Shown: positions 22,904-32,000 of the stretch, piece after piece
Position numbering within the stretch: the stretch's first letter is position 1
Layout: the number at the start of each line of letters is the position of its first letter
Assembly (NCBI RefSeq): GCF_900232105.1
Contig: NZ_LT934425.1
Coordinates: 1,320,001 to 1,352,000 of the forward strand
DNA from: Candidatus Kuenenia stuttgartensis
GTDB taxonomy: Bacteria; Planctomycetota; Brocadiia; Brocadiales; Brocadiaceae
Length of the DNA stretch: 32,000 bases
Reading direction: 5' to 3'
Made by a program: the position numbers and the translations under genes
The notes under the pieces: model-generated
Databases searched by the model: none
Told to the model about the DNA's origin: nothing
Seen by the model: only the letters and a program-made list of their open reading frames with translations

Positions 22904-23515
22904 ATGTTACAGGGAATCATATTTGATATGGACGGCACACTTACCAAGCCCAAAGTGGATTTCGCAGCCGTTGAAAGAGACATTGGCGCAAAGGTTGGGT
23001 TTATTTTAGACTATGCAGAACAATCCAGTCCTGAAGAACGCGCAAGGGCAATGGGTATCCTTGAGCGTTTTGAGGAACAAGCGGCAATGGAATCGGAACT
23101 CAATGAAGGGGTAACAGAGATGCTGGAATTTTTGCAAAAGAAACAATTAAGAACAGCTCTTTTAACCCGCAACTCTCGCAAATCGGTCGATACCGTTCTT
23201 AAGAAACACAACCTGCATTTTGAATTTATCGTAAGCCGTGACGACGCCAAGCCAAAACCGGATCCGGATCCTATTTTTCTGCTAAGCAAAATGATGAATA
23301 TCCATACAGACCATTTATTGATGGTTGGAGACTATAAATACGATATTATGTGCGGCAAGGCGGCGGGGACGCGAACGGTTCTTTTGCGTTACAAAGAGTA
23401 TGTCGAAACAGAGGTAATACCTGATTTTGAAATAGATTGTATTAAGGACATCGTACACATCATAGAACATTTTGAAAAGGCAAAGTTAAACACACATGGG
23501 AAAACGAATTTTTAA
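22904..23515 (+). CDS. HAD-superfamily hydrolase (phosphoglycolate phosphatase-like)
   Basis: I trimmed the track ORF 22826..23515 to the ATG at 22904. Motif I is IIFDMDGTLT, motif II is ALLTRNS, and motifs III/IV are K...MVGDYKYDIMCGKAAG. Confidence 0.85.
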   Translation: MLQGIIFDMDGTLTKPKVDFAAVERDIGAKVGFILDYAEQSSPEERARAMGILERFEEQAAMESELNEGVTEMLEFLQKKQLRTALLTRNSRKSVDTVLKKHNLHFEFIVSRDDAKPKPDPDPIFLLSKMMNIHTDHLLMVGDYKYDIMCGKAAGTRTVLLRYKEYVETEVIPDFEIDCIKDIVHIIEHFEKAKLNTHGKTNF

Positions 23516-24209
23516 CAGCACTATTTTCAGCCTATTTGCTTCTGCGCTAATTATTTTTCTCGTTAACAGGGCTTCTCTTTGCAGCGAACAGGCAAAACGC
23601 AAGACGCTGGACGAAGTTCTCCTTGCAATAGAAAAGGCAGACGGCGAATTCAAAACCATGAGGGCCAATATAGCGATCACCAGAACCATTCCACTGCTGG
23701 ATTCCACGGAAGTATCCAGAGGAAAGATGCAATATAAAAAACCCGACCGGTTACATTTAAAATTTGACCCTCCCCGCGATGAGGTAAACATTATTGACGG
23801 AAAACACCTGTGGATATATCATCCAAAAGCAAAGCAGGTCGAAAAATATGCTGTAAATAAAGGAGAACATACCGCACAGAACATACATTTCTTTGGGTTT
23901 GGTTATGGAGAATCGGTAGCTTCGGCGAAAAAAGACTACACAATTTCCCTGGCAGATACAATGGAGGCCGGTAAGAAATGTTTTTATGCGCTTGATTTAA
24001 CCCCCAAAAGCACTTCATCCCAATATGCAAAAATTCGCCTGTGGATAGAGGAAGGGGTATGGCTGCCGGTAAAAATAGAATTGCATGAAAGCGGCGGTGA
24101 AGTGGTAAATTTGATTGAATTTGAGAGCATCACGCTCAACAGCCGGATGTCTGATAAACTCTTTATGTTTGATCCCCCGAAAGGAGTGGAAATTATTGAA
24201 CCGTTTTAG
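23496..24209 (+). CDS. LolA-like outer-membrane lipoprotein carrier/sorting family protein
   Basis: 237 aa. A signal peptide is followed by the LolA-like pattern FKTMRANIAITRTI...SRGKMQYKKPDRLHLKF..P...VNIIDGKHLWIYHPKAKQVEKY. It overlaps the HAD gene end by 20 nt. Confidence 0.7.
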   Translation: MGKRIFNSTIFSLFASALIIFLVNRASLCSEQAKRKTLDEVLLAIEKADGEFKTMRANIAITRTIPLLDSTEVSRGKMQYKKPDRLHLKFDPPRDEVNIIDGKHLWIYHPKAKQVEKYAVNKGEHTAQNIHFFGFGYGESVASAKKDYTISLADTMEAGKKCFYALDLTPKSTSSQYAKIRLWIEEGVWLPVKIELHESGGEVVNLIEFESITLNSRMSDKLFMFDPPKGVEIIEPF

Positions 24210-24314
24210 CAAAACCCTGTATTCCTTTCTCTTCTGTACTGCAAATGTATAAAACCTTGCTTCCGGGTTGCGGCCACCCCACGCCTTGTTCTCCGCATTC
24301 CCGAAAACAATGTA

Positions 24315-25283
24315 TCAACTCGTTCTTTTAACTCTTTCTTCCCCCATGAGTGTTTCAAGAAGAGGCTTGTTTTGTACTGCAACGTCTTTGTAATAATTCA
24401 GTGTCTTTAGCCTTTCATGTTTTAATATCTCACCCCCCTCAAGCCTCTCAATTGCCTTTCGGTTCATGTACGCTATTTCATATAAGGGGTCGATTTCCAA
24501 GGCCTTATCAATGGCGGATAACGCAAGTTCTTTCTTTCCTAAATGCGCATAGCACAAACCTATATTCCCCCACGACTGTGCATGCCCGGCGACCATTTCC
24601 GTACATTTTTTAAAACCGCACAGGGCGTCTTCTCATTGAGCATTATCCATATGGGAAAATGCCTCATGAAATTTCCTTTCTCCTTCGAGGTATTTATTTA
24701 AACCGACTCCATGATGTTTCATTATATGTTCCTCGCTTTCAAGAAGCATATGCCTTGCCGCCTTCACAAACTCACTATCCTCTTCACCGATAATCACTAT
24801 TCTTTTCAATGTTCTCAAATAGTTTACCATGTCAGATATTTTCAGCATCGCTACCGCCTTGTTATAATGCGCCTGGACAAAATATGGAAAAATTTCAATT
24901 GCCTTATCAAAGTGTAGTATTGCCTCATCATACATACCCTTAAATGCATAGACAACGCCCATGCCATATTGCACAACATGATTTTCCGGGTGCATGCGCA
25001 ATAATTCATCCATCTTTGCTTTTGCCGCATCAATATCGCCCTTCTCCTGCAATAGTAAGGCATTGTCAACCTCCCGTTCAATTCCTTTGTCACTGCTGTA
25101 TTTCTCTGCGGTATGACATCGGGCGGCGTGATATCTTTCCGCATATTCATAATAATTGCAGCCTTCGCACATTTGAGTACGAATAGAAGCGCAACATTTC
25201 GGACAAATCAATGCATCATGGCGCTCCTTACAACCTCTTTTTGCCTTTGTCGCATTACACAGGACACACCTTGTTTTTTTCAT
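24315..25283 (-). CDS. TPR-repeat protein with an N-terminal Cys-rich (zinc-ribbon-like) region, interrupted by one in-frame TGA (24633-24635)
   Basis: The track ORFs 24633..25283 and 24315..24596 are in the same frame: ...FSHMDNAQ-TGA-EDALCGFKKCTEMVAGHAQSWGNIGLCYAHLGKKELA. TPR periodicity continues across the stop. The N-terminus is CVLCNATKAKRGCKERHDALICPKCC...CEGC. Confidence 0.7.
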
Positions 25284-25368
25284 ATTTTCATAACCTCGCT
25301 TTAAAACTGCTATGAGAGAAACAACTTCATCATTATTTAATCATCGGTAAAAATCCCTGTATTCCTGT

Positions 25369-25836
25369 TTAGAGCCGGTGACCGTGGCAAATTGCGATGG
25401 CAAGGGCGTCAGATGCGTCCTCCGGCTGCGGAATTTCCGGCAAACCAAGTATGGCTTTTACCATTTCCTGCACCTTGCCTTTATGGGCATTTCCGTTTCC
25501 GGCAACCGCTTTCTTCACCACTCTGGCAGCATATTCAGCAATAGGAATATTTGCCATCGCAGCGCACAGAAAGATAATGCCCCTGCCTTCCCCTATTTTA
25601 ATGGCTGCTTTAAAATTTTTGCCAAAAAAAACCTCTTCTACCGCCATGTGATCAGGCTTATATATTGTTATTAACTCTGTTACCCCTGTGTATATTGTTT
25701 TGAGGCGTTCCGGGAAATTCTGGTTCTTGCCGGTTTTTATAGAACCATACGCGACCGCTTTTATTTCCGCACCGGATTTTTCTATTACGCCATATCCGGC
25801 AATCAGCGTTCCTGGGTCAATTCCGAGAATTTTCAT
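25369..25836 (-). CDS. ruvC: Crossover junction endodeoxyribonuclease RuvC
   Basis: 155 aa. MKILGIDPGTLIAGYGVIE contains the first catalytic Asp. Further matches are HMAVEEVFFGKN and EDASDALAIAICH. Confidence 0.93.
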   Translation of the reverse strand: MKILGIDPGTLIAGYGVIEKSGAEIKAVAYGSIKTGKNQNFPERLKTIYTGVTELITIYKPDHMAVEEVFFGKNFKAAIKIGEGRGIIFLCAAMANIPIAEYAARVVKKAVAGNGNAHKGKVQEMVKAILGLPEIPQPEDASDALAIAICHGHRL

Positions 25837-26124
25837 AGTCCAGTATTGATAATTATTTTAATGTTTAGACATTTTCAATTGGCCATTGGTAAGTTTGTGA
25901 TGAATTTCTTAATCTGTGCAATCTGTGGTTCCCTTTCGAATCTCGTATTTTTTATTTCTAGATTGTTTGGTTCTGGCTATGCCAGCTTAGGAATTTCAAT
26001 AATTTTTAGTTAAGCATATCCCCGTTTTTCAACCGTAAGTTTTTGTTTGACAATTTAGCCCTTCAAGCATACCCTTACTATTGTTCACAGACTTAAAACA
26101 AATCGCTTTTTTATACATAGTACC

Positions 26125-29100
26125 ATGAAAAAATTATTATTAAATACGAATAAAATAGTAAATAATCTGATAGACATTGTCAAGCTGCTTAACTTCAGGG
26201 ACGCAAAGTCTCAAAGCAGTGCGAGTACAATAAATATGTCTTTGCGCCTGGTATGCAAACATATCATGGTAAACAGATTCTTCGGCGGCATTGCCCTGGT
26301 CTTTTCACTGGGAATATTTTTGCTGATGATAGGAGCATTTACTGCTGCTGCACTTTTGCGTTTCCCCGGAGGCCTTGGAGCATTTTATATGCTTTGCCTT
26401 GGTTTACTATTGGTCGTGTTTTTTAAAATACTACTGATACCGTTGCTGTCCATAAATAAAGAAAAGATAGCGCTGCTGATAGAACAAAAATATCCTTCTT
26501 TGAATAATGTGCTTATCAGCTCTTTGCAACTGACAAAGAAACAACGAAACACACAGAAGATAAAATATTCCGGGCAGATGGTCTCTATGCTTGTTGATGA
26601 AGCCGCAAGGAAACTGAAACAATTAGACCTTCAATCAGTAGTTAATAAAAAACCTCTCATCCTCGGCAATACACTCCTTATTTTCTCCGTGCTTCTTTTC
26701 GGAACGGTGTATGCATTTCATCGTTCTTCTCTGGACAAAAACATACCGCTTTTATTTGGCTATCTTAGCGACAGCAGCAGTATAGGCGGAGAGCCATTTG
26801 CAGTTTCAGGCGTCCCTGTTATTGGCGATATTACCGTATGCTACCGATATCCTCTTTATTCCGGGCTGGAGACAAAGACGATATACAACACAAGCGGCAA
26901 TATTAAAGCCTTGAAAGGGAGTGAGGCGCAAATCAGCGCCGTAAGCGGTCGCCCCGTAACATCAGCAAAAATCATTTATAACGAGTCTGCAATAATTCCA
27001 CTTGCAGTTGAAAACAACAAGGCCATGAGCGGCGTATTGCAGGTGCTGGAGAATGGCTCTTATTGTTTTGAGATAAAGGATTTGAATGGGCGTATTACCA
27101 GAGATCCTGCATTATATACAGTTGAAGTTATTCCAGACCTGCCGCCTGAAACGTCTGTTATTGCTCCGGCAAAGGATTTGGTGGTAAATGAAAAAGATGT
27201 TGTAAACCTTCAATACAATGCAAAAGATGATTATGGGTTGGCGGAGATTTCTCTTGCATATGAAGTTGGAAATGAAAAAAACACAAGGCATTTGTCCCGT
27301 TTTGATAAAAGGCAATTATTTTACAACGGAACGTACAAATGGTCTTTGAGCGAATTGCGCCTGCAGCCCGACGACAAGGTGGCGTACTATATTGAAGCAA
27401 AAGACAACGATACGATATCAGGGCCAAAAACCGGCAAATCTAAAACTTATTATCTGGAGATTTATAGTTCCAGAAAAAAACACCAGGAATTGATTAAACT
27501 ACAGGAATTGCTCGTGAAAGAAGCGCTGTGGTTGTTGTCGGACGACCTTGTGAACAGGATTGATGATGAAAAATGTGCCTCAAAAGAGTACCTGCTTATG
27601 AGGCAGGATATTATCAATGAACGGGTGAGCGTTATCAACCGCCTTTTTACGGATATTCTGGTTGGTATGCAGGAAGATGTCAGGGCAAATTACAGTGTTT
27701 ACTACGCACTGGAAAATTTGAGAAAAAAGTTTCGCGATGTGACGGAACAAAAACAAACGGCCATACAAAAAGCGATGCTCGCCATAGTGGGCAATGATGT
27801 GCCCTTGGCAATGTTATTGGAACTGCAGGTAATACAGGATAGGGAAGTGACGGAAGTGGAAGATATGATACTATTCCTTAATGAAATGATACAAAAACAA
27901 AAATTGGATGATGTAATAGATACGGGGAATAATCTGCTCCAATCGCAGAACACTCTTGAAAAATTACTGAATCAGATGCGTGAAACCGGGGACATGGAAC
28001 TGAACGAAAAGGCGCTTGCTGAATTAAACAACATTGAAAATGCTATCCGGCAAATGATGATGAAGCTTATGCAAATGGCGCAGAGTGAGCATATGGATGA
28101 ATTCTTAAACGCAGATGCACTGAAGGGGATTGAACAGGATGACATTATGGGCGATTTAAACGAGATGAAGAATGCGCTCAAAAATGGCGATAGTGAAACC
28201 GCTATAGAGGCGGCCAAAAGGATGCTTTCTTCCTTGCAGAAGATGATGGATCAGATGAATTCCGCCTCACAGGGACTGACGGATTCATTTTACTCCGATA
28301 CCATGGAAAAGATGGATACGATGCTGGATAATTTGTCGGAACTGGAAAATAAGCAAAGAACGCTGGCAGAGAAAACGGAAGATTTAAGGCAAGAGGTTCA
28401 AAAACGTGTCTCAGAATCAACCAATGAAACGCTAAAATCCTTTTTTGAAAAACAGGAAAAAAGGATTGAAGGGTTAAAACAGGATATTGCCGGGACAAAA
28501 AAATATTTGGCAAAGAATGAATTGCTGCAGGAATATCTTCAAACAAAACAGCAGTTGCAACAGTTTTCCGGACAAAGAGAAATCCCCGCGAGCTGGTTTA
28601 GCGATTTGTTTGAAAACGATAATAAATCCGGCATGTCTAAACAGGAATCGGCGAAGTTCTCCGGGCTGACAAGGAAAAATGCGGAGTTGAACCGTGAAAT
28701 TAACAGGGACCCTCTGCAAAGAGATTTCCTTTCTATTGATAAGGAATTACCTCAGACGGAGGAAACGCTTCAACATCTGGAAGAAATGCTGAAAGGCAGA
28801 GAGATAGCGGAATCATTAACCTTAGCACGGGAAATTGCAAGGGATACAAATCACTGGAATAACCGTATGCAAGACTCTATTGAAATGAGAAAAGATGCGG
28901 GGAAAGAACTGTTGTCGGAAGAAGAGCTTAAAACAACAAAACAGATCGACGATGCGGCAAAACAAAGTCAAAAAATAGTCCAGGATCTTGAATCTATAAT
29001 GAAATTCCTCGATGAACACCAAATCGCCGGCATGACCCTGGAGGATCAGGAGACATTGAAAAAGTATGCGGGGAAACAGGAAGAGTATAAAAATGAAACA

Positions 29101-29535
29101 GAGGAACTTATGGAAATGTTAGAGCAGCTTGCAAGCCAGGCTCCGTTCATGGACGAAGAGGCAAACAGGCAACTGGAGATGGCTTCAAACTCCATGTCCG
29201 GTGCAAAGCAACGGCTGGAAGGGCAGGATATTTCAGGCGCGGTCATTGAGGAAAGGGAGTCGTTGTATCGTCTGTCTGAAGCAAAAGAAGGGGTGCAGAG
29301 GGCAAAAGAACACATAAAGCAGGGAATGATTGGTGAAGGGATGCCTATGCCGTTTCGCGGCAGTATGATGGAAGGTCAGGTTACTTCTACTTCAGAGAAG
29401 GTGGAAATACCTTCCGAGGATGCATATAAAGCGCCTAAAAAGTTCAGACAAGAAATTCTTGACGCACTGAAAGACGGATTACCGGAGAAATACAGGGATT
29501 TAAATAAGGATTATTATCAGAGATTGATTGATTGA
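26125..29535 (+). CDS. Large membrane-anchored coiled-coil protein, DUF4175-like
   Basis: 1136 aa; the start is uncertain. N-terminal TM helices are followed by a beta-rich region (ITVCYRYPLYSGLE...DLPPETSVIAPAKD...AKDDYGLAEISLAY...KVAYYIEAKDND). A roughly 650-aa Glu/Lys/Gln-rich coiled coil follows, then the tail EKYRDLNKDYYQRLID. This layout is as I recall for DUF4175 proteins. Confidence 0.7.
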   Translation: MKKLLLNTNKIVNNLIDIVKLLNFRDAKSQSSASTINMSLRLVCKHIMVNRFFGGIALVFSLGIFLLMIGAFTAAALLRFPGGLGAFYMLCLGLLLVVFFKILLIPLLSINKEKIALLIEQKYPSLNNVLISSLQLTKKQRNTQKIKYSGQMVSMLVDEAARKLKQLDLQSVVNKKPLILGNTLLIFSVLLFGTVYAFHRSSLDKNIPLLFGYLSDSSSIGGEPFAVSGVPVIGDITVCYRYPLYSGLETKTIYNTSGNIKALKGSEAQISAVSGRPVTSAKIIYNESAIIPLAVENNKAMSGVLQVLENGSYCFEIKDLNGRITRDPALYTVEVIPDLPPETSVIAPAKDLVVNEKDVVNLQYNAKDDYGLAEISLAYEVGNEKNTRHLSRFDKRQLFYNGTYKWSLSELRLQPDDKVAYYIEAKDNDTISGPKTGKSKTYYLEIYSSRKKHQELIKLQELLVKEALWLLSDDLVNRIDDEKCASKEYLLMRQDIINERVSVINRLFTDILVGMQEDVRANYSVYYALENLRKKFRDVTEQKQTAIQKAMLAIVGNDVPLAMLLELQVIQDREVTEVEDMILFLNEMIQKQKLDDVIDTGNNLLQSQNTLEKLLNQMRETGDMELNEKALAELNNIENAIRQMMMKLMQMAQSEHMDEFLNADALKGIEQDDIMGDLNEMKNALKNGDSETAIEAAKRMLSSLQKMMDQMNSASQGLTDSFYSDTMEKMDTMLDNLSELENKQRTLAEKTEDLRQEVQKRVSESTNETLKSFFEKQEKRIEGLKQDIAGTKKYLAKNELLQEYLQTKQQLQQFSGQREIPASWFSDLFENDNKSGMSKQESAKFSGLTRKNAELNREINRDPLQRDFLSIDKELPQTEETLQHLEEMLKGREIAESLTLAREIARDTNHWNNRMQDSIEMRKDAGKELLSEEELKTTKQIDDAAKQSQKIVQDLESIMKFLDEHQIAGMTLEDQETLKKYAGKQEEYKNETEELMEMLEQLASQAPFMDEEANRQLEMASNSMSGAKQRLEGQDISGAVIEERESLYRLSEAKEGVQRAKEHIKQGMIGEGMPMPFRGSMMEGQVTSTSEKVEIPSEDAYKAPKKFRQEILDALKDGLPEKYRDLNKDYYQRLID

Positions 29536-29544
29536 TTGAGATAT

Positions 29545-31176
29545 ATGATGAAAAGAAAAGCGGTCATACTATTATTGCTGTTGTTCGTGGTACTTCTATC
29601 ACGGGAAAAAGAGGCGAAGTCACGGACGAATGAATTTTTCGATATTCCGGGAGAAATTGCCTATGGTGAAGAATGCCTGAATGCATGGCAGGTTGAAGAG
29701 GCAAAAAAGGTTGCTGAAAAGGTGCGATTGTTGGCGCCGGAAGACCCTCATGTATGTTTTTTCGTGGGAAAGGTGCGATTTTATGAGGGAAGGTATGAGG
29801 AATCGCTTGATTTCCTGAAAAAAGCGCAAAAAACCCCAGGGGTCATGCAGCAGGCAGAGGAATTTTTCCATTTCGTTCAAACAATATACCAGACAGCAAG
29901 CAATTTTAAGGAAATTGAGTCAGAACATTTTCTCTTCCGTTTTGTGGAAGAAAAAGACGCCATACTGGCAGAATACGCCCTCGACACACTTGAGAGCGCT
30001 TATAAGGTAATTGGAGGCGATCTGGGCTATTTCCCGCGTGAGAAAATACTCGTGGAGGTCTATCCGGACGCTGAGAGTTTTTGCACTATTTCCACTTTAA
30101 CACAGAAAGAAATTGAAACCTCCGGTGCTGTCGCAATTTGTTTGTTCAACCGGCTAATCATTACAAGCCCGAGGTTGCAGCCACGGGGATATGAATGGCT
30201 TGATACGCTTGCTCATGAGTATGTGCATTATGTGATAATGAAAAAGACATACAATCGTGTGCCGGTTTGGCTTCATGAGGGGCTTGCCAAATATGAGGAA
30301 AATAGATGGATAGATGATAATTCACCGACATTGCCTGTTTCACTGGAAAGTCTTCTGGCAGAGGCAGTGGAAAAGAACTACTTTATCACCTTTGAGCAAA
30401 TGCATCCCTCCCTGGCAAAATTAGAAAAAAGAGAAGACACCGCCCTTGCATTTGCGCAGGTATTTACGTCAATAGAATATTTATATCATCTTGGCGGCTA
30501 TCCTTTGATCACTGCAATCCTTGATGAAATAAAGAATGGAATGGATGCAAAAGAAGCGCTATCCTCCGCCACCGGGGTACCATTTAATACGTTCGAAGAG
30601 AATTATCTGCAATATTTGAAACAGAAAAACCTGAGAAGGGTTCATGGCATCAAAATACTTCCGACAATATTAAAGGAATCGTCCACTATTGTGGACGATC
30701 TTGAAAGTGTCGCGGAAATAGAGGTAAAAGAAGCGAAAAAATTCGCTATACTGGGAGACCTTTTACGACGCGAAGGGTTGTACAGCGCAGCGATTATAGA
30801 ATATGAAAAGGCCTTCATAAGGGCAAAAAATATTTCACCGCAGATCCAGAACAAACTGGCAATGGCATATATCCAGGATACTCAGTATTCAAAGGCAGAA
30901 GAAGTATTAAAAACCGCTCTCGAATATTATCCCGAATACACAGCCACATATATTTCACTGGGCGAGCTGTACCAAAGAACAGGAGCATATCAAACGGCAA
31001 TAAATTTTCTTTCACGAGCAAATCGGGTAAATCCATTTAACCCTGTTGTTTACCGCAATCTCATTCAACTATATACAAAAGTGGAAGATAAGGAAAACGC
31101 GGCGAATGAGATGAGAAGGTTAAAAATGGTCACACGGTTCCATAATCCCACTACCCCGGAGATGCCGGAAAAATGA
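29545..31176 (+). CDS. Exported HExxH metallopeptidase-like protein (peptidase MA-like) with N- and C-terminal TPR repeats
   Basis: The track ORF begins at TTG 29536. ATG 29545 gives MMKRKAVILLLLLFVVLLS, a signal peptide. LAHEYVHYV (HExxH) is followed by WLHEGLAKYEE. TPR-like repeats are at the C-terminus (AAIIEYEKAF..., YPEYTATYISLGELYQRTGAYQTAINFLSRANRVNP). Confidence 0.72.
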   Translation: MMKRKAVILLLLLFVVLLSREKEAKSRTNEFFDIPGEIAYGEECLNAWQVEEAKKVAEKVRLLAPEDPHVCFFVGKVRFYEGRYEESLDFLKKAQKTPGVMQQAEEFFHFVQTIYQTASNFKEIESEHFLFRFVEEKDAILAEYALDTLESAYKVIGGDLGYFPREKILVEVYPDAESFCTISTLTQKEIETSGAVAICLFNRLIITSPRLQPRGYEWLDTLAHEYVHYVIMKKTYNRVPVWLHEGLAKYEENRWIDDNSPTLPVSLESLLAEAVEKNYFITFEQMHPSLAKLEKREDTALAFAQVFTSIEYLYHLGGYPLITAILDEIKNGMDAKEALSSATGVPFNTFEENYLQYLKQKNLRRVHGIKILPTILKESSTIVDDLESVAEIEVKEAKKFAILGDLLRREGLYSAAIIEYEKAFIRAKNISPQIQNKLAMAYIQDTQYSKAEEVLKTALEYYPEYTATYISLGELYQRTGAYQTAINFLSRANRVNPFNPVVYRNLIQLYTKVEDKENAANEMRRLKMVTRFHNPTTPEMPEK

Positions 31177-31342
31177 TTCAATTGCTTTCTTAAATTAAAT
31201 CAGGCCGGGCTTTAAAAAGACAAAAACCCAACGCATTTTATACACGCCTTAATCCCATAAATGCTAAGTTATTTCTGATATTTTTTACACGGAGTCAAAT
31301 ATCTAAAGCCGGCAATCGGCAATTTACAGTCGGCAAATTGCA

Positions 31343-31377
31343 GACTGTGGACTGTAGACTGTAGACTGTAGACTGCT
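31343..31377. repeat. Heptanucleotide tandem repeat (GACTGTR) x5
   Basis: The units read GACTGTG GACTGTA GACTGTA GACTGTA GACTGCT. They are preceded by the 19-mer GTCGGCAAATTGCAGACTG (31329-31347), which also occurs at 12844-12862, where two GACTGAG units follow. Confidence 0.8.
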
Positions 31378-31435
31378 TTCGCGCTTATTTGGTTCCGGCT
31401 TGTCCGGATTTTGGTAATTATCAAAGAGGAATTGC

Positions 31436-32000
31436 ATGAATAATTTTTGGAAATGCAGAAATTATCCGGGAATAGTCATAGTAGTAATCATTTTTTTATT
31501 GGTAAATACAGGATGCAAAAAGATACCCAAGGGTAACCTGATAGAGCAGAATTTTAAGGTTCTTTTGGAAATAAGCGCATTTAAGAAAAAGCAGATAATT
31601 AAATATTTTGCGGACGTAGAAAAGAGAGCGGCTGGTATTGCTGCAGACGAAAGCATGCTTGATTGTTTTCATCAGATAAAGAAATGTTATCAGGTTGAGG
31701 CATCAGGAATCGATGCTATGAATATTCAGAAGAAGGAGTATGAAGCGGATGTAAATTTTGTTACTACGTATAAAGATTTCTACGATATTCTTTTTGTCGA
31801 TAGCAGAGGTTTTGTTTTTCACAGCATAAAACAGGCAGATGATTATCATACAAATCTTTTTACCGGAAGGTATTCGGATACTTCCCTGTCCATACATCTT
31901 CGGGAAGCGCCTGAAAGGGAATTTGTCAACTATGAATTTTATGCCCCGTCAGACAAACCTGCCGCTTTTTTTGTTGTGCCTGTATATGAAAAGAAAGACC
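31436..32000 (+). CDS. Partial CDS (N-terminal 188 codons; runs off window end): lipoprotein-anchored Cache/PDC-like sensor domain protein
   Basis: Not in the ORF track because there is no stop. ATG 31436 follows AAAGAGGA. The signal plus lipobox is VIVVIIFLLVNTGC. FYDILFVDSRGFVFHSIKQADDYHTNLFTGRYSDTSL resembles the Cache-type ligand-binding domains at the N-termini of chemoreceptors, kinases and cyclases. Confidence 0.6.
   Translation, partial: MNNFWKCRNYPGIVIVVIIFLLVNTGCKKIPKGNLIEQNFKVLLEISAFKKKQIIKYFADVEKRAAGIAADESMLDCFHQIKKCYQVEASGIDAMNIQKKEYEADVNFVTTYKDFYDILFVDSRGFVFHSIKQADDYHTNLFTGRYSDTSLSIHLREAPEREFVNYEFYAPSDKPAAFFVVPVYEKKD

Noticed and set aside
24633-24635. Selenocysteine decoding of the in-frame TGA in the TPR gene
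   Set aside because: I could not fold a SECIS-like stem-loop immediately downstream. The position sits in an ordinary TPR helix where Trp is expected. A nonsense mutation or sequence error is more parsimonious.
25837-26124. Possible tRNA or small RNA in the ruvC/DUF4175 divergent intergenic region (contains GGTTCCCTTTCGAATC)
   Set aside because: No acceptor, D or anticodon stem arrangement can be drawn around the TTCGAA. I found no tRNA-like cloverleaf here or in any other intergenic region of the window.
29519-29550. (ATTG)x4 tetranucleotide repeat at the DUF4175-like stop, with the next ORF in the same frame, as a phase-variation or fusion switch
   Set aside because: Removing or adding one ATTG unit still generates the TGA at the same codon position. 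The downstream protein has its own ATG and signal peptide. Repeat-number change therefore has no obvious coding consequence.

Overview
Bacterial window with an AT-rich backbone (all GC statements are by eye, not computed). It falls into five blocks.

- **1-3030:** start of an exported protein, a GAF-domain sigma-54 enhancer-binding protein (EBP), and a frameshifted HUH/Y1 (IS200/RAYT-like) transposase relic.
- **About 3040-8500 (visibly more GC-rich):** kaiC-kaiB-kaiB, then a PAS-PAS sigma-54 EBP. The gene junctions 4814-4817 and 5635-5638 overlap by 4 nt. Next come a palindrome, a correctly spaced -24/-12 promoter, an ABM-fold gene and a csbD-like gene. This is my lead candidate: a KaiA-less KaiBC timer apparently wired directly to sigma-54 transcription, with no histidine kinase or response regulator in the window.
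- **About 8275-15537:** a dense general and oxidative stress island. It holds CsbD, a BON lipoprotein, DUF3309-like, lmo0937-like and DUF3185-like mini-proteins, a YqjC/YqjE/YqjD-like trio, two paralogous exported Cys/His-rich peptides, a PepSY-like protein, a Tat-signal Fe/Mn SOD and a catalase. It also contains a 280-bp MITE and a duplicated regulatory bracket (57-nt leader plus 33-bp palindrome) around two unrelated small ORFs.
- **15725-22830:** accessory DNA. A noncoding tandem array with a unit of about 465 bp is split by an IS1634-family element. A frameshifted alpha/beta hydrolase, a frameshifted IS4-family element and a field of long palindromes follow.
- **22904-32000:** ordinary genes. 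These are a HAD hydrolase, a LolA-like protein, a TPR protein with an in-frame TGA, ruvC, a DUF4175-like giant coiled-coil membrane protein, an HExxH+TPR protein, and the start of a Cache-like lipoprotein sensor.

No rRNA, tRNA or CRISPR array was recognised. All family assignments come from motif reading by eye and need HMM or BLAST confirmation.
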